Below are positions 1 through 10,549 of a stretch of 32,287 nucleotides of DNA, piece after piece; position 1 is the first letter of the stretch; each line of letters begins with the position of its first letter. The stretch is from Vitrella brassicaformis CCMP3155 (lineage: Eukaryota; Protista; Chromerida), in contig CDMY01000674.1 in NCBI GenBank assembly GCA_001179505.1, positions 1 to 32,287 of the forward strand, written 5' to 3'. The notes below the pieces were generated by a model. It saw only the letters and a list, made by a program, of their open reading frames with translations, did no database searches and was not told the DNA's origin. Both the position numbers and the translations under genes were made by a program.

Positions 1-327
1 GTTGCCTGTTTGGTGTGTGCTGTGGACAGAGAAGATGCCTGGTTGCGCCGGAAGGTAGCGCCGGGCTTAGGGACAGGTGTCTCGTCAAACCCTTAACCAA
101 CCAACCAACACCTGGAGCGTTTCATGCATCAGCGCCTTTTGAGGCTCGGCAGGTGCCCTCCTGCTATCGGCACTCCAGATCTCTCGGTTTGTTGACTCGC
201 CCACTTTCAGAGAGCCGCCGGCCTTTCTGGTGCTGCTGCGCCTCTCGGGCTTTGCCTCTCAGCTCATCAGGACACACGAGCTGCGTGCTGCCTTTCAGTT
301 GCCCGCTCACCATCAATCACATCAGTC

Positions 328-625
328 ATGCCGCGCCAAGTTGACATCCGTCGCTTCCTGCTGCCTGCCGCGGCAACGCACAAGGGAGATCAAGAGCCTC
401 AAGAGCGGCGCCATGATGATCAGCCGACAGGTGAGATTGGCGGCAGTCATGACACAGATGTCGTGTGAAATGCGACGATGCATTTGTTGTTGTGTCAATG
501 TATGTGTGCCAGATTTTGGCAGCTTTGTGCTCCAGAATTTTTCGCGTTTTCGTGACGATTCAGCCTTTTGGAGGCTCAACAGATACCATGCTGGTGTGAG
601 CTCGTCAGATCTCTTCGTTTGCTGA
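328..625 (+). pseudogene. Truncated duplicate of the 5' end of the adjacent F-box gene; if spliced (328-430, 513-625) it gives a 71-aa peptide
   Basis: 176-523 aligns by eye with 606-946. ATG328 reads MPRQVDIRRFLLP...DDQPT, versus MSRQIDIRRFLRP...EEQPT at 763. Both have the same phase-1 GTGAGA donor and a similar exon-2 start (DFGS vs DFSS). Similarity then stops, and TGA is reached at 623-625. Confidence 0.7.
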
Positions 626-762
626 CTCGCCTTCGGAGCTGCTGGCCTCTGCTGCTGGCCTCTGCTGTCCTCTGCTGCTGCTGCGGAGCCTCTCGGGCGT
701 TCCCTCCCGCCTCATCAGGACACACGAGCTGCGCTGCTGTGCCCGCCCACCAACATCCCACC

Positions 763-3203
763 ATGTCCCGCCAGATTGATATTCGTCGCTTCCTGCGGCC
801 TGGCGGTGCATCAGGCAAGGCAGATGAGGAGCCCCAGCAGCACCACGAGGAGCAGCCGACAGGTGAGATGGCAATCTCGACAAAGACGTGCTGTGAAATA
901 CACTGATGTGTGTTCTGTGTTCGTGTGTGTGTCAGATTTCAGCAGCCCGGAGGCCCAGGCCATCGCCAGCGACATCGTCACACGGCGACAGCTGGTGAGT
1001 CGTCACACCACATGAAGCAAACACACACACATGGATGTGTCTGTCTGATGTTTGTCGGTGTCAGGCCGCCCCGCCGCCCAATGCGTCGCTGTGTGGCGTC
1101 CCGCCCGAGAAGCTGGCCGGCGTGTGTGACCACATGCCAACACTGGAGGCCATCCGCCTGGCCCTCATCAACAAGACCATGGAAGACACTTGCCGTTCGC
1201 CGTTCGTCACCCGCCAACTGATCATCACCCCCGCCACCCACAAGCTGTGGCGCAGAGCATCGCGGGCCGTCCTGCGGCAGCTGCGGGGGCGGCTGACCCA
1301 CCTGCAGACGGCCGCCATCACCACAGACGACGAGGTCTACTCGCGGGGGCCCGATATATATCAGGACCGGCCGGGCGATGATGCCGCCAGTGACGACGGG
1401 CGAGAAGAGGAGAATGACGCTGAGGCCGAGGGCACTGAGGAGGTGACGGCGGGGCGTGGCCGCGCCCTCGGCCATCGGGGAGTGTACGCCAAGGTGCTCG
1501 AGGGTTCGGCGGCATCGCTCAGGAACTGTCGACTGGAGGACAAGACGACCACCGCGTCCGTCTCGCCCGTCACCGACAGCCCTCGGCCGCCGAGGGTCAC
1601 CTTCGGCAAGATTGAGGAGGTGGTGCTCTGCGGCGCACTGTGGCAGGGCGCGGCCCATGATCGGCGATGGTCCCTCCCCGCCCTCAAGACACTCGTCAGC
1701 AGCAGCTTTTCCATTGCGCCCCGGTACCTCATGAGCTGGATCGAGGCGTCGCCCCACCTCACCCACCTCCACGTAAGACTCTTCGGCCTCCCTTTTTTCA
1801 CCTATTTCCTGTCGGCCGCCCCCTCCCTGACCAACCTGACCTCGCTGGGCTGCATTCTTCTTACGGAGACGAACCCCTCATCGTGGGAGCCGCTGCTGAG
1901 TGTCCTGGAGGCCAAGGGGGCGGTCGGCCGCATCGAGACGCTCGGCGTGTGCCTTGACGTGGTGGGCCTGGAGCCGGATGGCATTCTCACCATACTGCGA
2001 GCCCTCGACACGGCCATCCGTCGGCTGGCTGGTCTGGGCATATCGGCTGCCGACACTCAAGTGACAGCCATTCCCGTCACATCATGGGACGACAACATCA
2101 TGACCAACGTGGTCAACCAGCCACACCATCAGGTGGACAGCGGCGCGTCCCAGTCGTCTTCGAGCGCTGCAGCTGTGTGTGAGCCGTCTGTGGGCGGCGG
2201 GAGGAGGGCGCCTCTCTTCCCCAACATGGTGCCTACAAATGACCATGACGACGATGCGAGTGGCGAGATGGCCGATAAGAAGCCCGCCCAGCGGCCCTTC
2301 AAGTTGCTCGTCTATGTGCCCTCTTCATTCGACGAGAGGCTGCTGCGTCTCGACCTGACGGACACCGACGTGCTGGCCAAGAAGATCATCCGCGAGATGG
2401 CCCGCGTGGCTGAGTCAATGAAGGTCAAGACTGTGTCGGGCGCGGCACCGGCTGCCAGGGGCAGCTTCGGCAACTACGTGTTCGAGTCGCTGACCGAATT
2501 GACCATCGAAGACTCCCTTGCTGTCACCAACGGCGTGCTGCCGTCGCTCCCAGCCGCCCCATGCAACCGCTTCCCGCGACTGCAATCCGTCGACTTCCTG
2601 CTCCCGTCCATCCATTTGGTTCGAGAGGGCGGAGTGAGGGAGCTGGTCGCGCCAGTCAAGGGGCAGCTCAAAAGGGCAATCCTCTGTCTTGCCGACTTCC
2701 CCAGCCGATACGACACGAGCTACGGCACGGGCCAGCCGCCGCCAAGTGAGGCCGCCCCCGGCCTCCTCGCACAGCTGGCGCTCGAGTGTCTTGACGTGAC
2801 CGGCCATGTGGACCAGGTGGGGTTGAGCTTTCTGCCCACACAGCCTATCGGGGCATTCCGGCCAGAGACCTGCCCCATCAACCACCCCTTCACGACGCCC
2901 GAGCTCGCCGCCCGCCTGCCGTCCACGAAGAAACTGGTCGTGAGCATCCCCTACTGCGTCCACGACCGATTCGGCGATGTCCAGACCGACTTCATTATGA
3001 CCGTCATCAACAACACACCGGACCCCGAGCGTGTGATCTTCAGCGAGGACGTGACTCAGGATTTGGTCAGCTTCAACCAGCTCCAGGTGCGTCACTCCCC
3101 GGCCTATTTGGCGTCTGGTGCTGTGGATGGGGCCCTGGCATCGGCCGGATCGCCGTTCGTGGTGGTCAAGACGGACGATACCGAACTTACACTGGAGCAA
3201 TAG
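763..3203 (+). CDS. F-box plus LRR-like protein (about 765 aa) of an expanded lineage-specific family; exons 763-862, 936-994, 1065-3203
   Basis: GT-AG introns 863-935 and 995-1064 keep frame into ORF 1035..3203. F-box-like motif SLCGVPPEKLAGVCDHMPTLEAIRLALINKTM, followed by LRR-like segments (SPHLTHLHV, PSLTNLTSL, FPRLQSVDF). Stop TAG at 3201-3203. Confidence 0.75.
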
Positions 3204-4131
3204 AGAAGGAGTGTCCAGCAGACCGGGTGGATGGGAGAGAGAGAGAGAGGAGGAGACGGGTCCTTTTCAAGTGAGGCACGAACCAGAGAGGGGATGAATG
3301 CCGTGAGTGTGGTGTAGAATGTGGTTTTGCTGGATGGGTCTGACCATCCGGGTGGGCGTCGATGTCCTCCTTTGCTGTGTGGACACGTTTATCGCGTTTA
3401 TCGTAATCCTTTTTCGACCATGCGGTACGCATCCATCAGATTCATCTCATCCACCAACTGCGTGACCGTGTCTGTCCCCCATGGGCATGCAGCGAGTCAC
3501 CTTAGTCTGCGAGTCGCCCGCCCTCCCCTCTGTCGACAAACACCACCCAGCCCACACACTCACATATACACACACACAGATACCATGAATGTGAGTCCGT
3601 CTCTCGCCCCTCCCACTGATCCATCCATCCATCGCCATACGCCCAACACACAAGCAGCATGCAGCATGGCGTATGTCATAGTGCGATAGGTCGGGGCCAG
3701 CCGCCGCCACCTCAAGATGGTGACAGCCAGCACTACAAAAGTAAAGGGACACGCTCCACACACATAGTGGGGGACATGCAGCAGACAGACAGACAGACAC
3801 ACAAGTAGGCACAGACACAGACAAGGCACTCACTCAACGGTAACCGTGCCATGTCGAGAAAATTGGGTCTCTTGTGCTGCGAAAATCCCTTGTCTGTCTG
3901 TCTGCTTGAGTGTGTTGGTGTTACGTCCCCATTCCCCCACCGGCAGCACAGCATAGCACGGCTCACAAAGAGAGCCGCCACATGCTTTGCTCACACACAC
4001 TCACGCGACGTATACACACGACACAGGACTGGCAGGCAGTGAGGCCGCCCGCTTGTGCGTGTGAATGAGTGACGCTCGACAAACCACCACCAGCCCAGGC
4101 ATGCAGCCAGCCATATACCCAAACAGATGGC

Positions 4132-4157
4132 GAGAGAGAGAGAGAGAGAGAGAGAGA
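4132..4157. repeat. (GA)n microsatellite
   Basis: About 13 GA units, seen directly. Confidence 0.9.
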
Positions 4158-4455
4158 AGGGAAAAGGAGAGAGAGAAGAAGCCGAAGTCGCGCGCAGTGG
4201 GTGGGATGAGCCGGGCAGCGACTCCAGCAGCTACTCATACACACAGACGGGCAGCCATCACTTTCTCAGACGAACATGCCAGACAGCCACCAGCCAGCGA
4301 CATGGAATAGTGGTCGTCTACCACCATGCCATGTTCATGACGATTTCCGCGAGACAAGGCCGTCGAGATGGAGCACTTACGCACACGATTAGAAAAAACA
4401 CAACCAGTCCTTGCCCCTACCCCATCTGTGTGTTCTATGGCTTGTGAAAGGTAGG

Positions 4456-5333
4456 TCACTGGATGGTGATTTGCTTCTTGACGGGCTGGACGGGCTCCTT
4501 CTGTGGGCATGTCACCTTGAGGACGCCGTTGTCGTACTGGGCGGTGATGGCGGCCTCGTTGGTGTTGGGCAGACGCAGGCAGCGGTGGAACTTGCCCACT
4601 TGACGCTCCTAAGACGCACAGACACACAGGCAGACAGAGGGAGGTGTGGTGTGTACCCATCGATGGCCATGTGTGTGATGTACCTGGTAGAGCCAGCCCT
4701 CGCCCTCCTTTTTGTCTTCCTTCTTGCTCTCGCCAGAAATGCTCAGCAAACCGTCCTGGAAATCCAACTGAACACATCACAACACAACACAAGACACACA
4801 CACACACACAAGGGTGAGGTGAGAGGCCATGGATGCCCCCCTCCCTCCCCCTCCCTCCCTCTCTCTGTCGATCCACATGCCCACGTCACGTACCTTGATG
4901 TCTTCCTTGGTCATCCCGGGCAGCTCAGCGGCCACAATGACATTGTTGTTGTCGTCGTGCGATATGTCCATCCGCGGCGCCCAGGTCAGCAGCGACGAGA
5001 TGCTGCTGGGCGGCCGCTCCTCGCTCACGTGCTGCGCTATCTGCCCGGTGGCGCCCTCCTGCTCGGCCGGTGTGGTGTCGGTGAGCATCACGCCCACGCC
5101 GGCAGGGCGTCCGCTGAGGCGGCCGACGTCGTTGAAGAGGGAGTCCATCTGGCGCTGCATCTGACGCAGCTCACGGCCCAGCGAACGGAAATCGGCACCT
5201 GCAGCCATCAAACAACACGGAGAGAGAGAGAGGGCACGGCACATACAGCACACAGGTGAGCAGGCAGACAGACGACGTGATGTGCCCTGCATGTGTGTGT
5301 GTGTGCGTTACCGAATGGGTCGTAGCGGAACAT
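4456..5333 (-). CDS. HSP20: Small heat shock protein, HSP20/alpha-crystallin family (187 aa); exons 5333-5312, 5198-4894, 4767-4684, 4608-4456
   Basis: Spliced product: MFRYDPFGADFRSLGRELRQMQRQMDSLF...WAPRMDISHDDNNNVIVAAELPGMTKEDIK|LDFQDGLLSISGESKKEDKKEGEGWLYQ|ERQVGKFHRCLRLPNTNEAAITAQYDNGVLKVTCPQKEPVQPVKKQITIQ*. It carries the ELPG, ER-x-x-G-x-F-x-R and A-x-Y-x-NGVL motifs and the C-terminal I-x-I. All three introns are GT-AG and in phase. Confidence 0.95.
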
Positions 5334-5716
5334 CTTGGCTACTCGCGGCAGTGGTGAGAACTTCGGCTCGACAGGCGCAAAGGGCAAACCGACGAGGAGA
5401 CGACTTGACAGGCAGATCGAAGACAGACGGATGGATGAGTGGATGAACAGATCAGCGTGTCCTCAGACGGCAGGACGGCCTGGGCAGGACGGCTTGGGGC
5501 AAGGCAACTGGCAGGGACGAAACCCTGAACGAACCCTGCTCCTTGAACCCGAACCCTGAGGATGTGCGAGCTTTGCTGACCGAAAGCGTCCACATCTCTT
5601 TCCCACGCGCCGAGCCGCCCCAGGGGAGCCGCTCGCACAGCCGGAGCTTGACCGATCCACAAACGACAGAGGAGCAGCTCGAGGCGCCCCCTGCCAGTGG
5701 CAATTGGCCAGTGGGG

Positions 5717-8700
5717 ATGGAGGAGCTGAAGAGGCAACTTGAAGACGAAGCAGCACAAAACACGGCTACAGGCAGCACTCAACCAGCCCCTGATCCGGCA
5801 GCCAGCTGGGCGTCAGCTGAGCAACTGGAGCATGGTGAGCAGCAGACACCACACGGGCCGTGCACGGGCCCGACCTGATGGTGTGTTCATTGCTTGTTGC
5901 TTGTTGCTTGTCCGTGGTTCATTCAGTGGTTGCCGAGCCGTCATCGTCGCTCTTCTTGCAAGGGCAGGCTCTGCTGCTGTCCTACAAGGAGGCCTGTGAG
6001 GCCTGTCCAGACCGAGACGCCCTCGCCCTCTACAGCGACGACGTGCAGCTCTTCTTTCGGTCGCTCGGCATCCGATGGACCAGGTGGCGCGGCTCTGCCA
6101 GCCCCGTGTTCGTCGTCACCCTCGACCCGCCAGGCGGCCTCAGGCACCCTCCCCGTCTGTATCAGCCCGACGAGCCGACAATGGGCGGCCTGGTGAGATC
6201 GCTGCGGCTGGCTGTCACCGGCCGCAATGACCTTGTGAGGAGGCACGGGCTGTGTGGGTCACTGCCGCTAGACTGCCTGCCTGGTGAGCCGTCGGCTGAG
6301 GCGGTGGCCTTCTGTCAGACGGCTAGTCGTGAGGCCAAGAGACTGCGGATGCTGCCGAGGGAACGGTCTCCGCTGTTGGCGGCTGTGGCTGTCAGCGACG
6401 CGCCGCCCACTGTCCATGGAGCGGCGGAGGACGACAGCAATCAAAAGGACGGTGAGGAGAGAAGTCACTTCTTACACACAGACAGTATACGTTTCTCCCG
6501 CACTTGTATATGTCAGATGCCGCCCCAGCCCCCGTGGCTCTTCCACCTGCTGCCCTGTCGAGCCGCCCCAAGCGTATCAGACGCCCAAACCCGCGGCACC
6601 GCGACCACGTCGTGGACTCGCCGCCCAGGCGGCAACGGCGGCGCAACAGCGGCCGGAACAGGACTGGCAAGACACAGAAGCCACGTTCGCTGCTCAGGCT
6701 GGAAAGTACGCAGACCAATCAATGCTGCAAAGCCGACGCATTTTGGTTGTACTCGACGCCATCCCTCGTGTGTCTGTCTTGTGCAGGTTTCTCGACGGAC
6801 GACGTGCGTCCGTCGGGGCCCCGCGAGCCACACATCGACCCACCACCTCACCCGGCCCCTCGCCTGTGGAGGGATCGCGATCTGCTTGCTTCTCGGGCGG
6901 CCCGCGCCCCCACATCACCGCAAGGCGACGCGGACGACCTCCCCTCCCTCATATCAAAGGCGGTAGCTGCCGGGGAGCATCCCCGGCACTATCGCGCGGC
7001 CCGCGGCCTCACATCGTTGGAAGGTCGGTGGCTGCCAGGGATGACAACGGACGCTCTCAGCCTCCTCATAGCGAAGGCGGTGGCTGCCAGGGAGGAGAAT
7101 GCAACCCTCCTGGCATTCGCGAGGCGGGACGTGCCACTCCCCAGATCATGCACCGCCAAGGAGCTGCACGCCACCGAGCAGGAGGAGGAAGGAGGGCGGC
7201 AGGGGGAGAACCATGACGCTCCACCTGCCCGGCCCCTATCGAGGCCGAGCATCGATGCCCTGCTTGGCGAGACCAGCAGCAGGAGCGGGTCAGAAGATGG
7301 GCGGCTCACCAACAGCTCCACCAACTTGCTCGTGCATGGCCCCCACCCGTCCCCCTCTCCCTCCCCACCACCGCCACCCCTCCCCCGCAGCGACAGCCAG
7401 CCCAGGTCACAGGGTGGTGAGGGTGGTGAGGGGCTACCCCCAGCGCCCCCCACTCCGGCCGCTCCGGCAACGGTCGAGCCGGGCGCTCTCCTCGGGAAGG
7501 TTCTCGGGGACAAGGGAGGCGTGTGCAAGACATGGACGCCTCCGACCCCACGAAGTGGCCAGGGCGTCAGCTTTGATAGGAAGCAGCAAGTAAGCTCACT
7601 CACTCACTCACTCACTTAGTCCCTTCCTCGCCGTGTACGGCGGAGATGTATTGATGTGTGTCATGCAGGCGTGGGTGGCATTCTGGTGCGACAAAAGTGG
7701 CGGCTCGGTCTTCCCACGATCGAAGGCCTTCTCAATGACGGCACTTGGTGGATCGGAGGTAGGGAGGAAAGGAAGAGACAGGGGGAGGGGGAGACAGGGA
7801 GAGAGGGAGGGACACACACCACACGACACCGGCACATTTTCTGTGCCTTTCCTTCTTTCGTCAGGTTGCCCGTCGATGCGCTGTCAGCTTCTGGAGCATG
7901 AAGGGGCGAGAGCAGGAGATTCGCCGGCAGAGACAGCAGCCGCAAGAGGCCGCCGTGCAGTGCAAGTATGAACCGGACAACCAATCATGGCTTGTGAGTG
8001 CGTCTCTTGGAGGGCGTAAGATCGGCTGGCAGAGGATCGGTTGCCAGCGGTTTTCTGTCGCTGAGTGTGGATCGGCCGAGCGGGCGAAAGCGCTGTGTCA
8101 GGCAACGGCGGAAGAATGGAAGCAGGAGTTGTTGAAGCAGCCGAGCCAGCCGCCAAGCCTGCCCCCCGACCACCCGCCGGCCACGCCAGACCCCTCCCCT
8201 AGCCCACCTGCAGCAGCCCCAGCGCCCCCACAGTCTGACCAAGGCACGTCGCTTCCCGCAGCCCCTGCACAGCCCACACAACACCACCAGCAGCACATAG
8301 CAGCAGCAGAACCACCACCACCACCAGCACCACCACCACCACTGGTGCAGCCATCTCTTCAGCCGGTGCAGCCTCCTGCGCCCAGCTCAAGCACTGTCTC
8401 GCCGTCGAGTGGTGTGGCGGCGCTTGGCATTGACCGTCTCGCGATCAAGATGGCCAGGGGCTTCCGGGCGGCCTCCCCCGAGCCTCCTTCACTATCTTGG
8501 GACTCCCGGCGACGGACCTTCGTGTGTGAGGGGTCCGAGGAGAGGCTCTTCCCGATCGGACAGGAGACGACTGCGACCGTGTATGAGGCCTTCTTTGCAG
8601 CGGTGCAGCACCTGCGGCCGCAGCTCACTCAGGCTTCGATCCGCTACCAATCTGCCGACTATTCGGAGCCTGCCCGTTTTCTGGTGTCTGTGGGGGGCCG

Positions 8701-9719
8701 GGTGGTCAAGACGGTGTGGCTGGAGGGCAAGGGCAAGGGCAAGGAGCGGCGGAGTGTGCGTGCGGTGTATGAGGCGTTCGATGAGGCCAAGAAGCTGGAG
8801 AACCGCATCAACAGCACGCCCTTGGACCTGAGGCGGCATCTGATTGGGCGGCGCGTCGTCGACGACATCGTATCAGGCGCCAAGGCTCGGGAGGCCTTGA
8901 ACACGCTGCAAGGGGGAGATACACCAGGTGCTCCCTACAGCAACCATTCCACCGTAGTGCGTGGATCGATTGCTGGTCTTCTCTTCCTCTCTTGTCTATC
9001 CTTTCAGGTGGCCGCAATGCTACAACAGCAGAGGGCGCTCGTCACAAGGCTGGCCCCGCGACAGAGCAGCCTGCAGTGTCGTCAGCGTCTGCAGAGGCAG
9101 CTGATGCAGACGGAGGGCGGGGACGGCTGTCTGACCTCGTTCGTCGGGGGCGTGACCAGATCATGATGGCGAGCCGGTCCACCGCCCTCTCGGCACTGGA
9201 GAGACTGGGGAGTGGGCAGCAAATGGGCACATCGCCAGGTCAGCCGAGACGCCACACGACAACACAGCCACTCACTCCATCCATCCCTGCACTTGATCTA
9301 TGGTGACTGCAGGTAACCGCTCCATCAAGTCTCCTATCCGCGATCCACAAGTCAGATTCTCTGCGTCACCATCGGCCGGCCACGTCGCCGACCAGACTGT
9401 CAGTGGCAGCAAGCGATCCGCCGAATCCCTGGCAGCCCAACAAAGCCACCAAGAGCCACCCCAGAAGCGCCAAAAGGCAGACGACCTCACCGCCGCTACG
9501 CCCGAGATGGCCATCATCACTCGTGCAGCCGTGCCCGTCCACGATAAGACGGCCACGGGTGCGCTGGCTGATGCTGCGCCGGTGTCTGCGTGTGGTGGAG
9601 GGGAGTCGGGGCGCTCTGTCGCCCGATCGTGTGGCGTGTCGGGGGAGGGGGATGGGGAGAGGGAGAGGGATGCGGCTGAGCCGTATGACGTTGAGGTGTG
9701 CATCTGCCCTGAAGAGTGA
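5717..9719 (+). CDS. ApiAP2-type transcription factor with several AP2/AP2-like domains; proposed exons 5717-5834, 5927-6451, 6517-6705, 6787-7589, 7669-7758, 7865-8927, 9008-9238, 9313-9719 (start uncertain)
   Basis: Splicing 7590-7668 and 7759-7864 reconstitutes a canonical AP2 domain: GVSFDRKQQ|AWVAFWCDKSGGSVFPRSKAFSMTALGGSE|VARRCAVSFW. A second domain follows directly (CKYEPDNQSWLVSA...RFSVAECGSAERAKALC). All proposed introns are GT-AG and phase-compatible with ORFs 5543, 5860, 6504, 7898, 8992 and 9300. Confidence 0.8.
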
Positions 9720-10549
9720 GGGGGGATGAACACGGGCACGTCTATCATATGCACGAGTTCACTCAGGGGGACTGAAAGAGTTGGAAGAATGAATGGATCA
9801 TATGGATCATATGTACTAGATATAGGCAGGGCAGGCTGCAGGGAGGTTTTGACAGATGGATGAATGAGGCAGCGGCCGTGGCATGGTCTGCCTCTGTGTG
9901 TGTGTGTGTATCCTGTGACTGCATTGACTGCATCCTCCCTCCCTTCATGCTGGCTGCATGGCGTCTTTTCTTGTTTCTTGCCTGACTGACTTACTGCTGA
10001 GGTCAGTGGGAGGGGTGAGGGCTGGGTGTGTGGGTCAAGGGTTTAGCTGTGCTCTCAACGTCTGTCTATGTGCATCCCATGAACGTCTGTCTGTCTGTCT
10101 GTCTGTCTACACGTCAGAACGTCTAGGCTAAGCTAAGCATAATTGGTGTGAAGTGTTTGTTTGCGTCTGAGGCGATAAAGGGCCTCCCGCCCGTCCTCTA
10201 TATATAACATAATTGACATATTCATCATTGAGTAGATTCATTCCGCTTGCCTGATGCCATATGCATGTCTAGTGTGTGTAGTGAGTGTAACTAGTGACTG
10301 CTGGCCGGCCAGGCTGGTGTGTGTTTAGCGCTTGCTTGGTGTTTGGTCGAGTGAGTGCTGCTGACTGACTCCATCAATTACGTGCAGTTGACTGGCGACG
10401 AGGACAAGTGAGTGCGGCGGGGCTGACAGACAAATGTGTCCATCACATAAATGCCCATTACTATTATTATTATGTGAATGCATGAGTATATCCATTTCCG
10501 TTGACAAGGCCCACAACAGGCCGACCGCCATGGCTGTCTGTCTGTCCCC

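Noticed and set aside
3380-4400. Possible small exons between the F-box gene and HSP20 (e.g. minus-strand TVTQLVDEMNLMDAYRMVEKGLR*)
   Set aside because: Splice-like signals occur on both strands and I could not build a phase-consistent model. They may be spliced UTRs.
5357-5365. Heat-shock element upstream of HSP20 (GAACTTC)
   Set aside because: The spacing is GAA-n-TTC rather than GAA-nn-TTC, and there is no third unit.
5519-5559. Telomere-like AACCCTGA repeats (also GGGTTTGGGGTTTGGGGTT near 11948-11966)
   Set aside because: Only 2-4 degenerate, non-contiguous units. This is compatible with promoter motifs or chance, not an interstitial telomere.
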